This document shows, one piece after another, positions 54,165 through 64,000 of a DNA stretch of 64,000 bases. Position numbers and translations under genes: made by a program. The notes under the pieces are model-generated. The model was not told where the DNA came from and searched no databases. It worked only from the letters and a program-made list of their open reading frames with translations. The DNA comes from Octopus vulgaris. Its lineage: Eukaryota. Position 1 is the first letter of the stretch. Each line of letters begins with the position of its first letter. The stretch covers positions 58,528,001 to 58,592,000 of the forward strand of contig OX597819.1 of NCBI GenBank assembly GCA_951406725.2, in the 5' to 3' direction.

Positions 54165-54281
54165 TATGTGTGTATGTGTGTGTGTATACAGTTATGATGA
54201 AGAAACGCCGACGTTGCATAATAAAATGTTTATCACCGAAGAAAGAAAAGGAGGAAAAGGGGGGGGGGTGAAGAAAGAGGA

Positions 54282-54318
<37 letters not shown>

Positions 54319-54350
54319 ATGACATAACATTCCTCAAGACTTTCTCACGC

Positions 54351-54404
<54 letters not shown>

Positions 54405-54710
54405 GCACAAACATACACACGCTTGTGCGCGCGGGCGTTACACACAGTCAGCCATTTTACTAATGGAAGTGGTGAGCCTTGACTGCTCCTCCCCATCTCC
54501 CTCTACACCCCCCCCCATCTTAAGAAAATAAAATAAGATGGTCTTTTAATATGACTGACTATGTTTTTTTTTTTTTTGCTGATGTTATTCTTTTTTATAT
54601 TTAGGGGAAACTTTTTTAATTCTTTTTTGTTTTCATTTTTCTTCACTTCCTATTTTCCACTAATTTCTTTTTTTTTTTCTGTTTTATATATATGTGTGCG
54701 TGTATACATA

Positions 54711-54763
<53 letters not shown>

Positions 54764-54804
54764 ATATATATGTATGTATGTATATATATATGTATGTATG
54801 TATT

Positions 54805-54850
<46 letters not shown>

Positions 54851-55294
54851 GAATATGGGGGTTTAGTTCATTGGTGATCTAAAGGAATAAGTACGCTAGG
54901 TAGGTAGGTGCTGTAACGGATTATCAGGGTTCCAACCTCGTAACTGAGACGGGAACTAGGGATCCATTTTAGGTTTCCGATTTAGCAAATATATGTTTGT
55001 GAAAGGAGACAATAAACGCCAAGGCATAACAAGCATCGCAAGTTATATACATTATTATTCTTTCCCCCGTGTTCAACCTTGTGCCAAAAGGAGAACAAAT
55101 TTAGAATGGCTTGTAGACATTTGACCTCTACTTCTAGCGTATTGGCGTTGTCCCTCCAGCGCCCTTAATTATAGTTATTTTTTTTATAATTATATACTTG
55201 AATATTAATTTTACCGATATGGCGGTTATTATACGCTGGCCCCTGATTTAATCATTTTAATGATTATATCCTCAACTTATAAACATAAATATAT

Positions 55295-55597
55295 TTGCTT
55301 GTTCCTTCTCGAGCCACACCTGGCTCATTAGGGCCGGTTTCCTGGTGTCCTTGGCGTATAGGTTCCCCACCTGGACGGGACGCCGGTCGGTCGCAGGTGA
55401 GCTGCAAGATGCAGGAGGAAAAGGTGAAAGAAAGTTGTGGCGAAAAAGTCAGCAGAAGCTTCGCCATTATCTTCTGCCAGAGCCGCGTGGAGCTTAGGTG
55501 TTTCGCTCATAAACACATACATCACCCGGTCTGAGTTTCGAACTCGCGATCCCTCGACCGCGAGTCCGCTGCTCTAACCACTAGACCATGTGCCTCC
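55295..55597 (-). mobile_element. SINE family 3 in intron 1
   Basis: tRNA-like head GGCACATGGTCTAGTGGTTAGAGCAGCGGACTC on the minus strand. Confidence 0.8.
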
Positions 55598-56019
55598 ACA
55601 CACAAAAATATATACACTATATATAAATATATGCGCGAAGGCGCATGGCTCAGTGGTTAGAGCGTCGGGTGCACAATCATGAGGTCGGGTGTTTGATTCC
55701 TGGTCCGGGTTGTATGCTGTGTTCTTGAGGAAGACCCTTTATTTCACTTTGCTACAGTTCAGACCAAAAGACAAGGAAACATTAAACATTATCTCTCACA
55801 GTTCCAATGTCTTTAATCGAGATCTTCTACTCGATCGGAAAAGAATAAGAGAGAGGGGAAAGAGAAAGAAGGTGGGCGAAAGCGAGAGAGGGTGGGGAGA
55901 GTGAACGCGAAAGAGTGAAATCTTTTCTAGATAGATTCTTCTCTGACATTTTCTCCCTCTGGTTGTATCTATGCCACATTTTTATAGCAGTCTTTCACCC
56001 CACCCCATTCGCATCCAGT

Positions 56020-56790
56020 TCATTTCATCTCTTTCATCGCCGTCTTCGTCGTCATCGTAATCATTGTTATCATCATCATCATCGTCATCGTCGTCACTGC
56101 CACCATCATCATCATTATCATCATTCGTCATTGACATCATCAACACCAATGTCGTCGTCATCACCAACTCAGCCACAGCCATCATCATCATCATCTTTAG
56201 CATCATCATCATCATCATTAACATCACTATTATCATCAACGTCATCGTCATTGACATCATCAACATCAATGTCGCCGTCATCACCAACTCAGCCACTCAC
56301 CACTACAGCCACAACCATCATCATCATCATCATCATCATCATTCGTCATTGACATCATCAACATCAATGTCGTCGTCATCACCAACTCAACCACCACCAC
56401 CACCACCACTACCATCATCATCATTAACATCATTATTATCATCAACGCCATCGTCATTGACATCATCAACATCAATGCCGTCGTCATTACAAACTCAACC
56501 ACTACCACTACCACCATCATCATCATCATCATCGCTACCATCATCATCACCACCAGCATCACCACCACTTTCAGCATCACCATCTTCGTCGACGTCGTCA
56601 TTATCATCATCGTCATCATCATCATCAATATTCTCATCGTCATCATTATCATCAATATTCTCATCATCATCATCATCATTGTCATTATCATTGACATTAT
56701 CATCTTCGTCATCTTTATCGTCATCATCGTCTTCGTCATCAGCATTGTCGTCGTCATTATCATCATCATCATCATCGTCATCATCATAAT
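56020..56790. repeat. Low-complexity (CAT)n block with a four-copy internal minisatellite
   Basis: TCGTCATTGACATCATCAACA(C/T)CAATG recurs at about 56125, 56245, 56343 and 56451. Confidence 0.85.
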
Positions 56791-57882
56791 TATTGTCTAT
56801 AGACAATGACGGTATTGTGCCAAGCTAAAGTTTTTGCTTAATGTTTTTCCCCCTCTCCACCAATACGTCCTGCTTTCAAATACTAACAGCAGATAATTAA
56901 CCGGTGGTACAATTGTTAATCATCGACTAAAACTATCTACCCATTAAAAGCAAAGAAGACAATAAGTAGATAGTTTGTATGCGTAATGAAAACAGCAACA
57001 ACAACACGAAGTATTCAATTAATATTCTGCTTTGTTTTAGGCGCGACGCATTCGTAAGGTTCGTGATCAATTTATATAAACTGTCATTTTTTTTACATGA
57101 TTATTGTGGTTAGGTGAGCTGACAGAATCGTTAATGCGTCGGATGCAATTCTTTGTCGCATTTGTTCTAGGTCTCTATGTTCTGAGATCAAAATCCTGCC
57201 GAGCTCAACTTTGACTTTTATCCTTTTGCGACAGATAAAATAAAGTACCAGCGGAGTTAATGATTCCTGGTATCGACTTCTTTGCCCTAACCTCAAAATT
57301 ACTAGCCAGGAATCATAGATATTATCATCGTTGTTCATCGAAAATCGTTGAACGACTGTGTTGTGAGAGAAACGGTGATATTTCAATCTGTCCTCTTGCG
57401 AACTGAATTTAATCCGATGAGGTTTGACTTTAGTTTTCATCGTGCAGGAATTAATAGATATAAGTACCAGTCAGGTACTGGAATCGATTCACTCGATCGT
57501 TTTCCCCGGTAAAATTTGTATCTTTGTAACCTCACTTTAAAATAATATTATCATTTTAAAGTATCTTACACTCTTAAAACCCATAACAAGAAGATAACAA
57601 ATCCTAGAATGCATTAGTTCGTTCTACCCATTCCCCTATATATAAAAAAAGAAGTATATCATTATTTTTATTAACAACACATTTGCTAATTACTTAATAG
57701 TTTGATTAATTAATGTACGCTCGCTGATTAGCTATGGCGCCTAAAAATCCACGCGTCGTTAAACAAAATATATCGCCAAAAGATGATCTTATAGTCGCTC
57801 AAAATCGCAGCCAGCGCGTTTAAGAGACGACGGCAAAAGTCCATGCTAGCTAGCAGGTTTTTCTCTTGTTACATAACTTTAG

Positions 57883-58059
57883 GTTCACCTTGTGCTTACG
57901 ACGGACACGTATTCCAAGAGGGTGAGGAATGGTACCCCGATGTGTGTAATATCTGTAGATGCTCCAGTGGTGAGGTGACCTGCAAAAAAGTGGAATGTCC
58001 TGAACCCACTTGTTTAGACGCTGTAGCAGTTGAGGGAAGTTGTTGCCCAATATGTCCCG
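57883..58059 (+). CDS. Exon 2: von Willebrand factor type C (VWC) domain
   Basis: TTTAG| acceptor and |GTAAGT donor; 177 nt, phase 1-1. (G)SPCAYDGHVFQEGEEWYPDVCNICRCSSGEVTCKKVECPEPTCLDAVAVEGSCCPICP has 10 Cys with the W, CxxCxC and CCPxC signature. Confidence 0.95.
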
Positions 58060-58500
58060 GTAAGTTTAGCTTGTGGCCGAATCGATGAAAAGAAACAAGT
58101 CACAGCACATTGGGCTGCTTTGTGGTCAAGAGAATAAACACGGATTATATTAACTATAACAATACAGAATTTGATGAAGTGAATTGGCAAATAGGCAAAA
58201 AAATAAATTGTTAATTCAAATTCAGTAACATATTTTACACGACAGATATGATCACTGTCATATACAGGTTTACGCACACGCATGCACGCACATACACACA
58301 CGCACAGACATACACACACATAGATGGTACGCACCCTCTACAACAAGAATAAGGGTGAAGAAAAATAGAATCAATAACGATATTAAGCTATAGAGAGATA
58401 GACAGTTATGCAGTATAAACAAACATATAACGTATATATATGTAGAGATATAGTACTCCCGTTCATGAATGTGCACACGGCAAATCAAACATTAACTTAT

Positions 58501-58780
58501 AGGCGCAGGAGTGGCTGTGTGGTAAGTAGCTTGCTTACCAGCCACGTGGTTCTGGGTTCAGTCCCACTGCGTGGCACCTTGGGCAAATGTCTTCTACTAT
58601 AGCCTCGGGCCGACCAAAGCCTTGTGAGTGGATTTGGTAGACGGAAACTGAAAGAAGCTCGTCGTATATATGTGTATATATATAAATATATGTGTGTGTT
58701 TGTGTCGATTTGCTCGACTAAAGGCGGTGCTCCAGCATAGCCACAATCAAATGGCTGAAACAAGTAAAAGAGTAAAAGAG
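58501..58780 (+). mobile_element. SINE family 2 with internal deletion, in intron 2
   Basis: Head and tail match the other copies. Confidence 0.85.
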
Positions 58781-59359
58781 TTATCTTCTAGGTTTTAAAC
58801 TGCTCTTGGTCATGAGGTTCCAAAATTCTCCCATTTATAACATAAAACCTCACAGATATTGTCATTCTTCAGGCTGACACAAGTTCGTGATTCCCTTTCA
58901 ACATTGTGGTTGATTTTTAGCCCTTGATCATTCTAGGTTGGGTACATTTATGGTCGCTGGCCTTCTAACCCAGGTCATTCCTAGACTTAGAAATACATCG
59001 ACTAACGAGTCTGGGACATTTTCAGAGTCGGTAAAGTGCGATGAAAGAAATTTGATCGTTTGGCAGGTGAAGCGGCCACGAAATCGCTCCCTCCATTGCT
59101 CGTCACTTTGACGTTTATTATTTTTAAACTTAGGGACGGAACATTTAAAACAAAATTATTGTTTTATGAAGTCAGGCTCCAAAAAAACGAATTTAAGAAC
59201 CATTTGAGCAGAAATGAATCGAACGACACACACACACACACACACACACACACGTATATATATATATATATATATATATGTATGCGTATCTACAGTTAGA
59301 CTATATAATCTGACATATTTTACGTAGCAAAATAATTTTACCTCTACTACTGCTACTGC

Positions 59360-59395
<36 letters not shown>

Positions 59396-60839
59396 CACCA
59401 CCATCATTACTACCCTCATCGCCATGACCATCACCACTATTACTAATAATAATAACAATAATACTGTTGGGAGGTGCAATGTCTATATAAATAAATTATC
59501 AGATTTGCAAATCATACGTTTTACTTTGTGTCCAAATTTACTCGCCTAATTTACATCATTAAAACCTCATCGTTCTAGTTAGAATCATTGTTGCCATTAT
59601 CATTTTGTTTCAACCGTGAAAGAAATCTCAAAAAAAAAATATATATATATATATACGTTACACAGCGTCAACAAGTTACACAGCAACAACAATGACAAAA
59701 AATGACAAGAAAAACAACTGTATATCATTCACAAAAGTATAAAAAAAAGCCTCGGTATCATTCTCGAAAGTTTCTCTTGCACCTTAAGCTAATGCCCAAT
59801 CTGTTGTGATGAAAAAAATCGACGAGAGAATTTATTGAACGAAATCAATGTCTCTCAAAGTAGATCAGCTTGTCCTAGAAGACGGCTTTCAACCTTTCCC
59901 TACTGCTTCATGTCTTGAACACCCTCACGTCTGCTCGCTTTAGAGATTAGAGATGCACATTAGTTGTTGCTTTCCTTCCGACATTTTTTGTTTGTTTTGT
60001 GGTTCATGGTTGTCTTTTTCTTTTCCTTTATTTATTTTTATCATTTTCGTTATTGCTGAATTGGCTTTTTATTTTATTTTAGTTTTTTTTTTTTTTAACT
60101 TTTCCTGATTATCCCTTTCACCCTTTTTTTCCTCTTACGCACCGACTTTGCTTCCCTGCACCGCCATCGCCCACCATTGCTATTATCTTCAACGTCATTT
60201 CTGAAATTGCACCTCTTTCACCGAGTAATGTGTGTGCTGTGTGACGCTCATAACTTTCATGTAGAGGCTTAGTGTCCTGTAGATGCATGCGGAAAGTAGT
60301 TAAAAATTAAGCTAATGTTGTGCTTATTATGGTTTCCTTTAGTTTTCCTTTTTTTTTCTCTTCTTTTCCCATTTATAATTCGTTAAATCTATAAAGGATT
60401 ATTTCGTTTGTAAACCAATGCTTCTCCTTCAACCACGCTTCGTTACCTCTTTCCTACACTACACTACAATATCGTTTGCAGAAATCTTTTTCATAATAAC
60501 TTTTTTACTAACACATTTGGTGACGTAAGCAACTATGGATGAACGCCGTATAACAGAAGGTAAGAAAAAACTTGATGCGACAGTTCTGCGATCTGATTGA
60601 GACTTCCCGGTATAACCACTACATTTACATCGGTAATGCTTTGATAAAGGCATAAACAACACATAAATTCATTGGTTTTTTACAAATGATCGTGTATTAT
60701 ATTTATTCTTTATGCATTTTAGTTGTGAAGGTTGTTGTAGATTCTGATATGTATATTTTGCTCTGATTCTTTATGTGTGTATATATATATATATTTACAT
60801 ATATTCACCTGCACAAGCGCACATACAGATACAGTGATC

Positions 60840-60895
<56 letters not shown>

Positions 60896-61149
60896 TTAAG
60901 TAGGTAGTGAACAAAAAAGAAAAGTAGATAACACGGGGTGGAGAAGTTTTTAACAAATATGCTAATTTAACGGTTAAAAAAAGAATGAAAAGTGTCTTAA
61001 CGTTTCGGATGCATGTCTTTCACCAAAAGAAGGGTAGAAAAGGAGAAAATAGTTGATACATATATATAATTATAGACACGCGCGCACACGCACATATTAT
61101 CTATGTATTCATATACATATATGCTAGATTTTCATAGCATATTTTAATT

Positions 61150-61220
61150 GCCTCGATGACTGAAGAGATGCCGGTGCAGGTTTCCGACCCGACATCCGAA
61201 CCTCAGAGTTTTGTCATGGC
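61150..61220 (+). ncRNA. Decayed hammerhead-like motif
   Basis: CUGAAGA, stem GAUGCCGG/CCGACAUC, GAAC (non-canonical), CUC-A-GAG-UU and a weak stem I. Confidence 0.35.
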
Positions 61221-61703
61221 AACTGAATAATTGTCACATATTATTCCTCCATTTACATAATATCGAGGTCTCTTTCATTCTTTTGTTGTCTTACCATTAC
61301 TATTAATATATAGTAAATAGTATATAGCATATATATATATATATATATCTCATTCTACATTGAGAGAAGAAAGAGATGGACGCTTCAATTCTATGCTGCT
61401 GCCGCATTATGTCGTACGCGAATGAGAGGATTTGCATCCCCAACCAAGAATTTTTGATGTAACACATGTCCTTGTGGAAGCTGTTGTGCGCGGCTGAAGA
61501 AGGCCACAGACATACATTATGCATTGTTATAAATCTGTCTAATAAAGGCCCGAAACATATGTACCGCTGAATCCTTCGCATCATGTTTTTATTTTATTTT
61601 GATCAATTTACTCCACCACCTACACCACCAAACGGTATACACAGGTGCTTATAATTATCAAGTACTCACCCCGAATTTCTATATATATATATATATATAA
61701 AAC

Positions 61704-61981
61704 GTCGCCCTTTTCAAGCCTAGCCAGGCTCATGGGCCCGGTTTCCCGGTTTCTGTGGCGTATGTGTTCCCCCCAGCTGGACGGGACGCAAGTCCATCAC
61801 AGCGTTACTCAAGAAACAGGAAAAGAGAGTGAGAGAAAGTTGTGGCGAAAGAGTACAACAGGGGTCACCCCACCCCCTGCCGGAGCTCGTTAGGTGTTTT
61901 TGTTCAATAAACACACACAACGCCCGGTCTGGGAATCCTCCGACCGCGAGTCTGCTGCCCTAACCACTGGGCCATTGCGCA
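61704..61981 (-). mobile_element. SINE family 3 in intron 2
   Basis: Matches 31490-31670 and 55295-55597. Confidence 0.8.
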
Positions 61982-61986
61982 TCCAT

Positions 61987-62021
<35 letters not shown>

Positions 62022-62221
62022 GTCATATTTAGTGACAATTACAGCTTTCCTTTTTATTTAAAACATTGTACACTGCTGTCTATAATTATATATATATATA
62101 TATATGGGGAGGAAGAAAAGGGAGACAAGTATGTAGAGTTTAACATGCGATCATTGACATATGCATCATCAATAGATATTCTCTAATATAAACAGAAAAT
62201 AAACAAACGTTTATATGCACA

Positions 62222-62285
62222 AACATCCTTTCATTCCAACATCCTTTCATTCCAACATCCTTTCATTCCAACATCCTTTCATTCC
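62222..62285. repeat. Four copies of 16-bp tandem repeat AACATCCTTTCATTCC
   Basis: Directly visible. Confidence 0.95.
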
Positions 62286-62361
62286 AAACGCACATATACA
62301 CATATAACTTCGCCATTCAATGCTTTTATTAACCATTCTTTTTATTTTTTATCTTTTGCAG

Positions 62362-62375
62362 CAAATGAAGAAGCG
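62362..62375 (+). CDS. Exon 3, 14-nt microexon ((A)NEEA)
   Basis: Long T-rich tract + TTTTGCAG| CAAATGAAGAAGCG |GTAAGA. Converts phase 1 to phase 0, as the following exons require. Confidence 0.7.
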
Positions 62376-62554
62376 GTAAGAATTGGACATATTTATTGTA
62401 TCTTTTTTTTTTGCTCTCATTTCCTCTTCTTTTTCCTCTTATCCTGACTCCTTTCCTAAACACTGACCACCCACCCGAAAGTCTTTACCAATATTTTCAT
62501 TTCAAACTACGTAACCATACTTTCTACCATCATTTCCTTATTCAAGAATCTATT

Positions 62555-62606
<52 letters not shown>

Positions 62607-62853
62607 ATACACGATACACAGTATATGAAAAAAGAAAAGAGACTGGCTATATTGAATACACACAGTTATTTCAATAAATATTTTTTTAAAAATTGAAATT
62701 TTAGATTGACAGTACTCTGAAATTCGTATCACTCCTCATGTTACTCAGTAAAATAACTCACACACACACACACACACACAATTTTCTATTTGTATTCCAT
62801 TTTCAAAATATCTTTCTCGTTAATATCTTCTTTTTATTTTCCAATCTTTACAG

Positions 62854-62880
62854 CCAGTAGGCACCAAGGACAACGACGAT
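62854..62880 (+). CDS. Exon 4, 27-nt microexon (PVGTKDNDD)
   Basis: Polypyrimidine tract + TTTACAG| ... |GTAAGT; phase 0-0 and open. Confidence 0.75.
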
Positions 62881-63055
62881 GTAAGTAAAAGTTTGAAATA
62901 ATAATTATTATTATTTTGATTACTTCTATTCTTTCATTTATTTTCTATATATATATATATATACATACATATATATATATATATATATGTAAGTAAAAGT
63001 TTGAAATAATAATTATTATTATTATGATTACTTCTATTCTTTCATTTATTTTCCA

Positions 63056-63086
<31 letters not shown>

Positions 63087-63158
63087 TTATATATATGGAA
63101 AATAAAATGAACATATTACCAAGAAAGATATTTTGAAAATGGAATACAAATAGAAAAT

Positions 63159-63189
<31 letters not shown>

Positions 63190-63512
63190 TTTTATATCCA
63201 ATCAGCCATTCCTTTAATCTTCTATTTGTTTATTCCTTTGCATCATTATTTCGTTGACATAGTCATTCAGATATTCCTTCAGTTCTTTATAACCTATACT
63301 CATTAACAGATCGATTCATTCATTATTTCATTCCGTAATAACTCATGTGCATAACCATTCATTCATTTATTCCGCATATCTATTTATTCCACTATCCTAT
63401 TATTCTCTTCATTTATATATTTTCCGTTATCACACGTTAACACAGAGAGAAACTATAATCAATAAATTGTCTCTTCTTTTTTTTCTTCTCTCCCATATTT
63501 TCCGGACCACAG

Positions 63513-63536
63513 GTTGAAGCTGATTCACCCAATGGT
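63513..63536 (+). CDS. Exon 5, 24-nt microexon (VEADSPNG); gene continues beyond the window
   Basis: Long polypyrimidine tract + CCACAG| ... |GTAAGT; phase 0-0 and open. Confidence 0.7.
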
Positions 63537-63839
63537 GTAAGTTGAATTTTATATTTTAAGATACAGACACCATAACTTTTTCTCCCACCCCAACACACTC
63601 ACTCTTTCTCTGTTTTTTTCTCACTCTTTCTGCTTTTCTTTATCTTAACCTTACCCCTATATTGTTCTTCTCCCTCTCAGTCACTATTAAATTCCTATCT
63701 TTTCTCTGATCGTCTACCCTGTCCACGCTCGTTTAACCACATAGTAATTCGACTTAACAGTACATTCCCATGATGCACTGCTAAATATCTAACACCAGCC
63801 ACCTGGCTGTTACAATTATAAAAATAAAATAAATGCACC

Positions 63840-64000
63840 CTTTTAAAGCCTAGCAGGCTCATGGGCCCGGTTTCCCGGTTTCAATGGCGTATGTGTTCCC
63901 CAGCTGGACGGGACGCCAGTCTATCGCAGCGTTACTCATTTTTGCCAGCTGAGTGGACTGGAGCAACGTGAAATGCAGTGTTTTGCTCAAGAACACAACG
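63840..64000 (-). mobile_element. SINE 3' part (family 4-type body with the tail also seen at 61704-61810), cut by the window end
   Basis: AAGCCTAG.CAGGCTCATGGGCCCGGTTTCCCGG shared with 61716; GGAGCAACGTGAAAT..GCTCAAGAACAC shared with 47693. Confidence 0.75.

Noticed and set aside
56064-56806. 241-aa Ser-rich and 168-aa Met-rich ORFs in intron 1
   Set aside because: (CAT)n-derived low complexity; exon 1 and exon 2 join in phase without them.
59026-59030. 5-nt candidate microexon TTTTCAG|AGTCG|GTAAAG
   Set aside because: Weak pyrimidine tract and donor. It makes the same phase shift as the better-supported 14-nt exon, so both cannot be included together.

Overview
AT-rich animal genomic DNA, very dense in microsatellites and SINEs. 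The tRNA-derived SINE families point to an octopod cephalopod (Octopus sp.); this is inferred from repeat content. About 1-49.5 kb is intergenic repeat landscape: several SINE families, two tail-to-tail decayed Tx1-like LINEs, REL-endonuclease LINE remnants, Tigger-type MITEs, GG-terminal MITEs with 8-bp TSDs carrying TTAGGG tracts, and Penelope-like elements with inverted arms and type I hammerhead ribozyme folds. One host gene is supported, on the + strand from about 49.6 kb to beyond the window end. It has a CCAAT/GC/TATA promoter, a signal-peptide exon, a single VWC exon and three phase-consistent microexons (14, 27 and 24 nt), the architecture of a clade A fibrillar collagen N-propeptide. 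No Gly-X-Y exon is inside the window. The most notable items are a young, non-coding, circularly permuted unit of about 591 nt with a hammerhead fold (retrozyme-like; 34.1-35.3 kb), the telomere-repeat-bearing MITEs, and a perfect intronic inverted repeat plus duplicated splice donor around a microexon. Almost all ORFs in the supplied track are microsatellite artefacts.
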